Source: Minisyncoccota bacterium
GTDB taxonomy: Bacteria; Patescibacteriota; Minisyncoccia; Phycocordibacterales; Phycocordibacteraceae
Direction: 5' to 3'
Assembly: GCA_041664265.1 (NCBI GenBank)
Contig: JBAYLD010000002.1
Location: 35,505 to 99,504 of the forward strand
DNA length: 64,000 nt
Part shown: positions 29,975 to 38,663 of the stretch, one piece after another
Layout: the number at the start of each line of letters is the position of its first letter
Position numbering within the stretch: the first letter of the stretch is position 1
Translations under genes and position numbers: made by a program
Notes under the pieces: generated by a model
Databases searched by the model: none
The model's input: only the letters and a program-made list of their open reading frames with translations
Told to the model about the DNA's origin: nothing

Positions 29975-31042
29975 ATGAGCAGCGGCACGTACACAGAAGC
30001 TGATATCGAGAGACTCATACCCCCGCGAGTCAGCGTCGATCCTACCGCCGTCACCTGCATCAAACAAGCATGGGCATTCGCACAAAGGGTGCATGCCGGG
30101 CAACGCCGCCGTTCGGGCGAGCCGTATACTGAACACCTTTTTCAAACAACGAAGATGCTTGGCGCGCTCGACATGGGCGCACCGACACTCATCGCAGGTA
30201 TCCTGCACGACACGCTTGAAGACACGCAAACGTGCGAGGCGGATCTCGCCGAAGCCTTTGGGACTGATGTCGCCTTCCTCGTTGCTGGCCTGACAAAATT
30301 GAAGCGGGAGAAATCAAAACAAGGACGGCACGAAGGGACGCCCTATTATGCAAACAATTTGCGCAAGCTCCTTCTCGCAGCAGCACAGGATGTGCGGATC
30401 CTTATCATCAAGCTCTGCGACCGGCTGCACAATATGCAAACGCTCTCTCATATGCCTGCCGAAACACAAAAGCGCGTCTCACTCGAGACGCGCAATGTGT
30501 ATGTGCCGGTTGCTGAACGGCTCGGCATGCATACCATCAAGCGAGAACTTGAGGATCTGGCCTTTGCCTATCTTGAGCCGGACTCGTTTAAAAAGGCTTG
30601 TCGTCTCTTCAAGAAGTGTAAATCGGAACACGAAATAAGCATCATCGAGGCGACCGCCACGCTCCAATTAGAGCAGGCGATACACGCACGCATACCCTTC
30701 CGTATCGAACAGCGAGACAAAGGCATTTGCAGTTTTTATCAGAAACTTGAACGGAAGGAATGGGAACTTTCACAGATAAACGACATCATCACGCTGCAGG
30801 TCATCGTCCCTAACGCCGATGATTGCTATATCATGCTCGGGAAGATTCACGGCCTCTGGCATCCTATTCATGGCAAGTTTAAAGACTATATCGCCTTCCC
30901 CAAGCCAAACGGATTCCAATGTCTGCGTACGACAGTCGGTGCGGAATCGTTGGGTATTCTCGAAATACAGATTTATTCAGACGATATGTATGAACGCGCG
31001 AAGTACGGATTCGCGGTTCTCCTCGCCCGCAACGAATACTAA
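29975..31042 (+). CDS. small RelA/SpoT-family (p)ppGpp hydrolase/synthetase (HD + synthetase domains, no TGS/ACT)
   Basis: HD motif ILHDTLEDT; synthetase motif KDYIAFPKPNGFQCLRTTV; start at MSSGTYTE. Confidence 0.65.
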   Translation: MSSGTYTEADIERLIPPRVSVDPTAVTCIKQAWAFAQRVHAGQRRRSGEPYTEHLFQTTKMLGALDMGAPTLIAGILHDTLEDTQTCEADLAEAFGTDVAFLVAGLTKLKREKSKQGRHEGTPYYANNLRKLLLAAAQDVRILIIKLCDRLHNMQTLSHMPAETQKRVSLETRNVYVPVAERLGMHTIKRELEDLAFAYLEPDSFKKACRLFKKCKSEHEISIIEATATLQLEQAIHARIPFRIEQRDKGICSFYQKLERKEWELSQINDIITLQVIVPNADDCYIMLGKIHGLWHPIHGKFKDYIAFPKPNGFQCLRTTVGAESLGILEIQIYSDDMYERAKYGFAVLLARNEY

Positions 31043-31046
31043 CGTT

Positions 31047-31238
31047 TCAGCTCGTGGGCAACTCAACAAAGAAGGTTGACCCCTTATCTCTCCCCTCTGA
31101 CTCGGCGCGGATCGTGCCGCCATGCGCCTCGGCGATCTGCTTCGCGATATAGAGGCCGTCATCGCGAGCGCCGAGAGATGCTTTATGCTCATAGTATATG
31201 CTATATTTCCGCATATATGACTGAAGTTCTGTTCGCAA
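31047..31238 (-). pseudogene. chimeric fragment carrying duplicated last 32 codons of the histidine kinase gene
   Basis: C-terminal [31 protein letters not shown] identical to HK 32072-33727. Confidence 0.5.
31063..31159. repeat. 97-bp direct repeat copy 1 (HK 3' end)
   Basis: matches 32088-32184 with one mismatch (31079 c / 32104 g). Confidence 0.85.
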
Positions 31239-31771
31239 TTGGCATGTCTATTATCTTTATATTCAGTCTCTTCGCTTTATTGTTTACGCTTTTGAGACTC
31301 AGAGATTCTCTTTTTGTAGAAATCCCATTTATTTCAACACGAAGACGGGCTGTTGAATCAGTGGTAAACGCTCTTTCTCTCTCAGACAAATCAGTACTTT
31401 ATGATCTTGGCTGTGGCAATGCCGAGGTTCTTAAAACGGCAATACAAAAAACGCCTAGAGCGCGGGGTGTTGGTATTGAACAAGGCTATATTCCTTTCAT
31501 TCTTTCAAAGGTCAAAACGAGAAAAATGCCAATTATTATTCACCACCAAGACATATTTGATACTGACCTATCCAATGCGTCGCACATTTATTGCTATTTG
31601 TCAGATTCAATGATGCAAAAACTATCGCACAAGTTTTTGCATGAATGTAAGAAAGGAGCGCGTATCGTTTCTTGCGATTTTCAGGTACCCAACATACCAC
31701 TAATTCAAACTATTTCGTTAGAAGCCAAGAATGATACACTGGCCCGTTCTCTATACATTTATCAGATATAA
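31217..31771 (+). CDS. membrane-anchored class I SAM-dependent methyltransferase
   Basis: TM helix [20 protein letters not shown] then motif [13 protein letters not shown]; start uncertain (alternative 31178). Confidence 0.5.
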   Translation: MTEVLFAIGMSIIFIFSLFALLFTLLRLRDSLFVEIPFISTRRRAVESVVNALSLSDKSVLYDLGCGNAEVLKTAIQKTPRARGVGIEQGYIPFILSKVKTRKMPIIIHHQDIFDTDLSNASHIYCYLSDSMMQKLSHKFLHECKKGARIVSCDFQVPNIPLIQTISLEAKNDTLARSLYIYQI

Positions 31772-31774
31772 AGT

Positions 31775-31803
31775 AACAGCCACACTTGGTTGCGTGTGGC
31801 TGT
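31775..31803. terminator. bidirectional hairpin between convergent genes
   Basis: AACAGCCACAC-TTGGTTGC-GTGTGGCTGTT. Confidence 0.55.
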
Positions 31804-31813
31804 TAATGAGCTG

Positions 31814-31987
31814 TTATTCACTATCTACATAACCTATGTTTTTCATGTGTCTACCCTCACATGCAGGACATATCCCACCGTCTGGGTCACATTCCTCGCA
31901 ATGAACACAGCCACAATCCCTGCACACCCAAATCCTCGCACTATCTTCGTTATTGCCACACCTTGGACACCGATCGAATGTCGCCAT
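31814..31987 (-). CDS. small zinc-ribbon protein with four CxxC pairs
   Basis: MATFDRCPRCG...CRDCGCVHCEECDPDGGICPACEG; RBS GGGAGGAAAG upstream of ATG. Confidence 0.5.
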   Translation of the reverse strand: MATFDRCPRCGNNEDSARIWVCRDCGCVHCEECDPDGGICPACEGRHMKNIGYVDSE

Positions 31988-32071
31988 TTTCTTTCCTCCC
32001 ATTTCAAAATTGTTAAAACAACACACAAACCCTCTAACACTATCTACTTACAGTATAACATGTCCGCCCTG

Positions 32072-33727
32072 TTATACAACAGGAAATTCAACAAAGAAGG
32101 TTGAGCCCTTATCTCTCCCCTCTGACTCGGCGCGGATCGTGCCGCCATGCGCCTCGGCGATCTGCTTCGCGATATAGAGGCCGTAGCCCGTAGAGTGGAC
32201 GTTTACCCGCTGCGAATCCTTACCGTGCCCGCCCTCGGTGAAGAGGTGCTTCTTGTCGTCTTCATCGATCCCGATGCCGGTATCCTTCACCGCAAACACA
32301 AGCTTGCCGTCATCGCGCTTGAGTGAGACGGCGATAGAGCCTGACGACGTGTAATTGATCGAGTTGTCAATAATATTGCGTAGCACGTGGTCGCTCAACT
32401 GCGCTTTATCCCCCGTCATCTGATACGAAGCACCATCGGCAACAAACGTGAGTGTGAGTCCCTTCCGCTCTGCGGCCGCCCTCGCCTTCTCGACTGCCTC
32501 TCTCGCGAGCGCTTCCAGATCAAACGGCTCCTTCACATACGTCACAGCGCCCTTCTTCAAGTTTGACGCTTTGAGGATGTTGGACACCGAATCAGCGCCC
32601 TGGCGCGACTCGATGAGTGCTTGATCCACAAATGGCTTCATCCCGTCTGGCGGCGTGCCAAAATCTCCCTGCGAGATCGCGGCGAACGCTCCCGCATCCT
32701 TCGTCAAGAATCCCTTAACCTCGTGCCCAATGAAGTGCAGCAGCCCCTCCTGTCGCTCGTTGGTGTCTTGGAGCTCTTCTGCAAGCTTTTGGATCTTCTC
32801 ACGCTGAGCAATCTCGCGCTTAACACCGCGCACCAACAAAATGCCGGCGATAAGCACGAAAATGAGGGTTACCGAGGTGATAATTCGAACATCCTCAACC
32901 GTGCGTATAAAGAGGAGTGAGAGTACCGAGAGCCAGAACGCTGCCACTAATGCTTGTGCGCCAATCAAGCGCACGTTGAAAGCTCGATACTGCACGATAA
33001 GGTAGGCGAGGAACGCAACAAATACAGGCGCCCCGAAGAGTCCGTATCTTCCTATAGACCAATCTTGAGAGAACACTTCGACAATGTTCCCGATAGAAAA
33101 ACTGAGTAAAAATAAAACGATACCGACCGCGAGCAGAGCAGTTCGCTTTTTTACTACAGATTCTTTTGCCTTTATTAAGACAAAGATGGCGAAACCGATA
33201 ATGAGCAGCGTATATAGAATTTCTATTGCGTATCCGTACGTTGCAAGTATTCCTTCAGAGGCCGCGCGATCACAATTCGATATGTCATATCCCAACAAAC
33301 CAAGTCTCGTTGAAGCGAAAACAAATGTCGGTAAAAGTGGGAAGAGAAAAAGAATCTTTTGTAAGACTGAAAGATCTTTTTTAAAGACATATACATAAAA
33401 GAAGTAGAACGAGAAGAAATATACGAGTGGTTCACACACTATCTCCAGAGCCCAAAAGAACATTGTGTAAGAAGGAAATTCCGTCGCCCAAAGTACCAAG
33501 TCACTAAAAACCCAGAGCGAAAAGAAGATTGAGGTAAGCAATAGAAGGATACTCGAAAATTCCTTCCGGCCATAGATAAAGATAAAGAGCGCGATTAGTA
33601 GTGTCGGGATGATCGAACCAAGGTGTGAGTAATAAATAAAAGACTCAAAGACGTTGTCCGAAAATACGAGAAATTGGGATGGCGCCCATTCGCACGCTTG
33701 TATGAGGTTGAAGACTTCGGGTGTCAT
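32072..33727 (-). CDS. sensor histidine kinase with polytopic N-terminal membrane domain
   Basis: H-box LLHFIGHEVKGF; HATPase_c G-boxes [16 protein letters not shown]. Confidence 0.8.
   Translation of the reverse strand: MTPEVFNLIQACEWAPSQFLVFSDNVFESFIYYSHLGSIIPTLLIALFIFIYGRKEFSSILLLLTSIFFSLWVFSDLVLWATEFPSYTMFFWALEIVCEPLVYFFSFYFFYVYVFKKDLSVLQKILFLFPLLPTFVFASTRLGLLGYDISNCDRAASEGILATYGYAIEILYTLLIIGFAIFVLIKAKESVVKKRTALLAVGIVLFLLSFSIGNIVEVFSQDWSIGRYGLFGAPVFVAFLAYLIVQYRAFNVRLIGAQALVAAFWLSVLSLLFIRTVEDVRIITSVTLIFVLIAGILLVRGVKREIAQREKIQKLAEELQDTNERQEGLLHFIGHEVKGFLTKDAGAFAAISQGDFGTPPDGMKPFVDQALIESRQGADSVSNILKASNLKKGAVTYVKEPFDLEALAREAVEKARAAAERKGLTLTFVADGASYQMTGDKAQLSDHVLRNIIDNSINYTSSGSIAVSLKRDDGKLVFAVKDTGIGIDEDDKKHLFTEGGHGKDSQRVNVHSTGYGLYIAKQIAEAHGGTIRAESEGRDKGSTFFVEFPVV
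32088..32184. repeat. 97-bp direct repeat copy 2 (native 3' end of HK gene)
   Basis: see 31063-31159. Confidence 0.85.
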
Positions 33728-33894
33728 AGTTGGGAGTATGCAGAAGGATCAAACTGGTCAGGAATCTCATCTTCAGTCTGAAAATAGGTGAAATCCTGCC
33801 GCACCATATATCGGTAATAAGCCGCACCAACAGAGAGCCCTACAAGCACAAAAAGAACCACTGTGTAGATAATGCTCGATCTGCCTATTTGCAT
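33724..33894 (-). CDS. 56-aa single-TM protein, stop overlaps HK start (ATGA)
   Basis: MQIGRSSIIYTVVLFVLVGLSVGAAYYRYMVRQDF...; own TGGTATACT -10 at 33904-33912; not in ORF track (<60 aa). Confidence 0.4.
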   Translation of the reverse strand: MQIGRSSIIYTVVLFVLVGLSVGAAYYRYMVRQDFTYFQTEDEIPDQFDPSAYSQL

Positions 33895-33916
33895 ATGCTA
33901 ATTAGTATACCACTAC

Positions 33917-33960
33917 AGAAAAGTAAAGGGCCCAGCAAGTTTTACAACTTGCCAGGCCCC
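33917..33960 (-). terminator. rho-independent terminator after Hsp70-like gene
   Basis: GGGGCCTGGCAAG-TTGTAAAAC-TTGCTGGGCCC then TTTACTTTTCTG on minus strand. Confidence 0.6.
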
Positions 33961-33979
33961 ATTTCAACATTTCGCAGTT

Positions 33980-35260
33980 TTAGTATCTCGAGGCACTCAG
34001 TCCGAGGCCGTAGGCTACGCTTGTGAATGCATCGATTGAAAGAAGCTTCTCCTCTCCGAATCGGCTTGAAAAGATCTTGCGGATTCTCGGTATGAACGAG
34101 GACCCGCCGGTTAAAAGAACTGAATCAATGTCTGATGCAGAAACCCCAGAGCGAGAGAGCACATCATCCACGCACTCCTCGATCTTTTGGAATTTGTCTT
34201 CCGCCAGCGTCTCGAACTCCTCCCGCGTAATTGTTTCGTGAATCTCTATACCTCTTTCGCAAAAATCGATGACTGACGAACTTTCGTTGGATAATTCGCA
34301 TTTCGCCTTCTCGATAACACGGAATAACTTGTACCCGAGATTCTCTACAACGAGAGTACGGAGATTTTCCAAGGCACGCTGGTCCTCCACACCAACTCCG
34401 GGGAGAGACCGCATGAATTGGAGTGTCTTTCGATCGCGAAGCAGTGGAATCCTATGCCACTGACATAGGGTATGCGGAATCCACGATGGGAAATCGAGAA
34501 TCTGACCCCCGGGCATCGGATTCAGAGTTCGTACCCCTCTGCCAAAATGCTTTGCCAACTTCTCCCACATAATGGAAGCATCTAAGGCATCGCCCGCAAC
34601 ATAAACACCGCCTGTGGCGAGAATGTCACTTTTCCGATTCTCATTCGGATCATGTTTCCCCCCACGAAGTCGCATTACTACGAAATCGGACGTTCCTCCC
34701 CCAAAATCACCCATGAGCACTAGTTTCTCTTCTCCCTCTCGAAGATGTGATTCATGCGCCATGGTCGCCGCAATCGGTTCATACATGAAGTGAACATTGG
34801 TAAATCCGGATCGTAATACTGCATCCCTCAACCTTTCTTCGGCAAGGAGATCTAATTCCTTATCCTCAGAAAAGACAACCGGGCGTCCAATAATGACCGT
34901 ATCCACTACATGTCCAGCATGAAGCTCTCCGCGATGTTTAACAGCCTTCAGAATCAGAGCAATTAAGTCTTCAATCTGGTAGCGCTTGCCAAAAACATAC
35001 GTCTCGACAAAACTTCTGTCTGGCAAGAATGCCTTAATAGACTGCATGAAGCGTCCATACGTCCCACCATAGTCTAAATACTGATCTATGGCGTCCTGTC
35101 CGATACTGATGCTGTTCTCCTCATCGAAGAAAAGCACCGACTTGAGAGATTCTCTAGAACTACTGGTTGGATCAATGTCTACTATCTCCACATTCCCATC
35201 TTGCGCAATGGCAAGTATGGAATTTGTGGTTCCGAAATCAAGACCAAAGGTTATACTCAT
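33980..35260 (-). CDS. Hsp70-family ATPase, nucleotide-binding domain only (no substrate-binding domain)
   Basis: GLDFGTTNS, DFGGGTSD, VLLTGGSSFIP phosphate/adenosine motifs; 426 aa. Confidence 0.75.
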   Translation of the reverse strand: MSITFGLDFGTTNSILAIAQDGNVEIVDIDPTSSSRESLKSVLFFDEENSISIGQDAIDQYLDYGGTYGRFMQSIKAFLPDRSFVETYVFGKRYQIEDLIALILKAVKHRGELHAGHVVDTVIIGRPVVFSEDKELDLLAEERLRDAVLRSGFTNVHFMYEPIAATMAHESHLREGEEKLVLMGDFGGGTSDFVVMRLRGGKHDPNENRKSDILATGGVYVAGDALDASIMWEKLAKHFGRGVRTLNPMPGGQILDFPSWIPHTLCQWHRIPLLRDRKTLQFMRSLPGVGVEDQRALENLRTLVVENLGYKLFRVIEKAKCELSNESSSVIDFCERGIEIHETITREEFETLAEDKFQKIEECVDDVLSRSGVSASDIDSVLLTGGSSFIPRIRKIFSSRFGEEKLLSIDAFTSVAYGLGLSASRY

Positions 35261-35387
35261 TCCATTCTCCTTTCTTTTACGTTATTGAGTTATTCAAGGT
35301 TCAATTGTCCTGTCCTCACTGCATCCAAAGAGAGCGTATCATAGAATGTGCATGTTGGCAAGACCCGTCCTTGCGTATCAAATATAA

Positions 35388-35402
35388 ATATGGTATAAAC
35401 TA
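35388..35402 (+). promoter_or_regulatory. extended -10-like TATGGTATAAA upstream of B12-radical SAM operon
   Basis: about 65 nt upstream of ATG 35467; RBS GGGAAGGAG. Confidence 0.35.
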
Positions 35403-35466
35403 TACAGTCTAGTTCGTTCTTTGAAAGCCCAATAAACGTCAAATAAAATTAGGGAAGGAGTCAGCA

Positions 35467-37026
35467 ATGTCAGCAAAAACAATAGCACTGGTTACACCGC
35501 GCACCTTGTCACACCGAACCGCCGAAGAAACCCTGGCCCTGGGATATCTTGCCAGCGTCTTACGTGAAAACGGCTATTTGGTCACTATCGTGGATGGCTG
35601 GCTTCGCGGCATCAGCTCGTCTGAAATCGTCAACATCATCGCCAAAGATGTCCCGGACATCATCTGCATGTCCAGCTACCGTTCGAACCTCGAACAAGCA
35701 AAGGAACTTCTTGGAGCCATAACCGGAAGATTTGGGAACATCCCCACAATATGTGGCGGATATGGCCCAACCTTCCATGACAAAGATTTCTTAGACGCTG
35801 GATTCTCCGTGGTTGTTCGTGGTGAAGCGGAGCACATGATTGTGTCTCTTATTGACGAAATTGTATCGCACCGCAGTTTGTCCAGTGTCCCTGGAATTAC
35901 CTTCAATAATTGCAATGCCACAATTCGCACAAAACGCGTCGAGTCGATTCGAAACATCGACTCAATACCGTTCCCTGCACGCGATGAAATCGGATTTGCA
36001 ATCAAAAGGAAAAACCCAGTCCACGTTTGTACCTCTCGTGGTTGCGAAGCTCATTGTTCATTCTGTTCAATCTTTGCATTCGCGAGTGGTGCTTCTAAAA
36101 TGCACCGCTGGCGAGGGAGAGTAGTTCAGAACATCATTGATGAACTTCGCTACTTGTACGAGGAATTCGGCGTCACCCATATTAAATTTGTGGATGACAG
36201 TTTTCTCGAACCCCCACGAGATAGTCACTGGGTTGCTGAGTTCGTGGAGGCATTGTTGAGACATAATCTACCGTTGCGTTTTAGAACGCAGGTTCGTGCC
36301 GACAGACTCAACGATGATATCGTTAGAGGTTTGAAACAGGCCGGATGGTTCGCGACAAGTGTCGGGATAGAGAATGCCTCAGCATCCGCTCTCAAGCGAA
36401 TGGGGAAAACATCCTCGTCAGAGGATAATTGGAAGGCTCTGGAATTGCTACGCCGACACGGGATCTATGTGCAGATGGGAATGATTCTCTTTGACGATGC
36501 AACAACTATCGACGAACTTGAGACAAATTACCGCTTTCTTGTGCATCACGATTGGGTTGTCACAAAAGGGATCTTCTCGGAGATGTTTGCTGCGACGGGA
36601 ACGCTCTACACCGAGAGATTGTCTCGCGACGGACTTCTTGTGACCAACAAAGAACAAAACCACAGTTACCTAGTGAGGGACATTCGAGCAATGCGTGTGT
36701 ATCAAATGCTTAAGGCATGGCACAAATCACACGCGAGTCTTTATGACTGGGTCATTGACCCAATCACGGCTCCCAAGGTATTGCCGGATGAGGGTTATGT
36801 CTGTGTTCATGAAATCTGTAAGGAAATTATTACCTGTGACACACAAATGTTCCGCCGCGTTCTCGACCACGTGACATCTAGTGCGCCTGAAAGTGACGTT
36901 GATGTTGTAACATCCGCAATAACTGAGCAATCCCGTTTCTACGCTTGCATACAGTCGCAGATACAAGAGATTTACGATTGTTATGATCTCGTGTATGACG
37001 GGGTTCCAAACCAGTTCCTAAATTGA
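35467..37026 (+). CDS. B12-binding (class B) radical SAM enzyme
   Basis: N-terminal cobalamin-binding Rossmann region; CEAHCSFCS CxxxCxxC; 519 aa. Confidence 0.8.
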   Translation: MSAKTIALVTPRTLSHRTAEETLALGYLASVLRENGYLVTIVDGWLRGISSSEIVNIIAKDVPDIICMSSYRSNLEQAKELLGAITGRFGNIPTICGGYGPTFHDKDFLDAGFSVVVRGEAEHMIVSLIDEIVSHRSLSSVPGITFNNCNATIRTKRVESIRNIDSIPFPARDEIGFAIKRKNPVHVCTSRGCEAHCSFCSIFAFASGASKMHRWRGRVVQNIIDELRYLYEEFGVTHIKFVDDSFLEPPRDSHWVAEFVEALLRHNLPLRFRTQVRADRLNDDIVRGLKQAGWFATSVGIENASASALKRMGKTSSSEDNWKALELLRRHGIYVQMGMILFDDATTIDELETNYRFLVHHDWVVTKGIFSEMFAATGTLYTERLSRDGLLVTNKEQNHSYLVRDIRAMRVYQMLKAWHKSHASLYDWVIDPITAPKVLPDEGYVCVHEICKEIITCDTQMFRRVLDHVTSSAPESDVDVVTSAITEQSRFYACIQSQIQEIYDCYDLVYDGVPNQFLN

Positions 37027-37039
37027 AGGAGGTATTGAA

Positions 37040-38176
37040 GTGAAAATAGAAAATATAGGATGGACACTCGGAAACGATTGTCCATATAGATGTATACATT
37101 GTTACTCAACCATTGTCCGAAACAAGGGACGGAATCTGACGGTGCGGGACATCGAACGTATTGTCGGGCAAATTGCCTCTGTGAACGTGCGAACGGTAAA
37201 CCTTGGAGGAAATGAGCCAATCTTCACGAACGGCCTTAGCCTGAAAGACACCCTCCTGCCACACGTCGTCCGGTCTCTGTATGACGCGCACGTCATGGTT
37301 GGCCTCACGACGGCAGGAATTAGTTTGAACCATTTGGAACGGTTCTACCCAGAATCACTCTCGTTCCTTAACGACGTGGATGTTAGCCTAGATAGCCCCT
37401 TCTTCGAAGAGCATAACGCTAATCGTGGGGCACTACTCTTCAACCATGCACTCAAGGCATTGAGGATTTGTAACGAGTACGGAATCAACAAAACGATCGT
37501 GATGTGCGGAATGAATTGGAATTTGAGCAATCGACACATTGATGAACTAGTTCGGCTAGCGCGAAAATTTCGTGCTTTCATCAGAATAAATTTCATCAAG
37601 CCGACCGAGCCAGAACACATGGAGAAAGTACCTGACGCTACGACATATTACCGTGCGACAAACCGACTGCTCTCACAGTGCCATTCAGTCGAGATAGATG
37701 AGCCTTTGATTGCAGTCGCCGCAAATCTGCCTCACAAGAAGGGCTGTCCGTGTGGTTCGAAATCATTTCGGATTCACTCGATTACCCCTGACGGTACTGT
37801 GCCAGTTAGTCCATGCGTATTCGCGCATGATTACAAGGTCGGTGACATTCTTGTTGACGAACTCATCGATATTGTCGCTTTCGAGCAGTTCCGAGCTTTC
37901 ATTGACCGGTGTGCGAAACCAAGTTCCATCGAAGGGTGCCAGGACTGCCAGCACATTGAAACCTGCCGTGGGGGATGTGCGTCTCGCGCTTACCTCACCG
38001 AGAAGTTCAAAACTGGTAAAATTAATCTTCTTGTGCGTGACCCATATTGTATTCGGGATATGGAAAAAAATGGTTCGAAAAAGCCAACGATCAATAGTGT
38101 CGAGGAATTGTCACAACAAGGACTAACACTCGTGCATCGAGACTATCTTTGTACCATTATCGCAAAACCGAAATAG
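37040..38176 (+). CDS. radical SAM enzyme with C-terminal SPASM domain
   Basis: CPYRCIHCY CxxxCxxC; C-terminal Cys clusters GCPCGS...CQDCQHIETCRGGC; GTG start with RBS GGAGG. Confidence 0.8.
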   Translation: MKIENIGWTLGNDCPYRCIHCYSTIVRNKGRNLTVRDIERIVGQIASVNVRTVNLGGNEPIFTNGLSLKDTLLPHVVRSLYDAHVMVGLTTAGISLNHLERFYPESLSFLNDVDVSLDSPFFEEHNANRGALLFNHALKALRICNEYGINKTIVMCGMNWNLSNRHIDELVRLARKFRAFIRINFIKPTEPEHMEKVPDATTYYRATNRLLSQCHSVEIDEPLIAVAANLPHKKGCPCGSKSFRIHSITPDGTVPVSPCVFAHDYKVGDILVDELIDIVAFEQFRAFIDRCAKPSSIEGCQDCQHIETCRGGCASRAYLTEKFKTGKINLLVRDPYCIRDMEKNGSKKPTINSVEELSQQGLTLVHRDYLCTIIAKPK

Positions 38177-38198
38177 CTCATTGGTTCTTACATCAAAA

Positions 38199-38238
38199 AG
38201 GTTAGGCAATGTTATATGTTGCCTAGCCTTTTTTGTTT
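38199..38238 (+). terminator. rho-independent terminator
   Basis: AGGTTAGGCAA-TGTTATATG-TTGCCTAGCCT then TTTTTTG. Confidence 0.7.
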
Positions 38239-38246
38239 GTGATAAT

Positions 38247-38663
38247 ATGAATTCAGTTTATTTAGAATTAATTAATGAAAATATGCAGGATGATACAGTT
38301 AAGTCGACTGACTACGCTACAAAATTTATCGGCAGTGAAGTGGAAATAAAGATTGATCGCGCACTTCACTCAAAGCACCCTAAGTACGACTGGTCCTATG
38401 AGTTAAACTATGGCTTCGTTCCTGGCACGGCTTCCCCAGACGGCGAAGAGATTGACGCTTATCTACTTGGAGTAAATGAACCAGTGGAATCCTATAAAGG
38501 GAAATGCATCGCTGTTATTCATCGCCTTAACGATAATGATGACAAGCTCGTAGTTATCCCGACGACCATGGATAACGTGAGTGACGAAGATATTCAGAAG
38601 GCAACGAATTTCCAAGAACAGTTTTTCAAGTCTGAAATTACTCGTGGGTCTGAGAAGAAGTAG
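38247..38663 (+). CDS. inorganic pyrophosphatase-like small protein (weak assignment)
   Basis: SPDGEEIDAYLLGV resembles the PPase DGDPLDVLV region; start taken after terminator. Confidence 0.35.
   Translation: MNSVYLELINENMQDDTVKSTDYATKFIGSEVEIKIDRALHSKHPKYDWSYELNYGFVPGTASPDGEEIDAYLLGVNEPVESYKGKCIAVIHRLNDNDDKLVVIPTTMDNVSDEDIQKATNFQEQFFKSEITRGSEKK

Noticed and set aside
35167-35412. 81-aa Cys-containing ORF, considered as a possible rSAM precursor peptide
   Set aside because: Most of it lies inside the Hsp70-like gene on the opposite strand. The intergenic portion has no start codon with an RBS.
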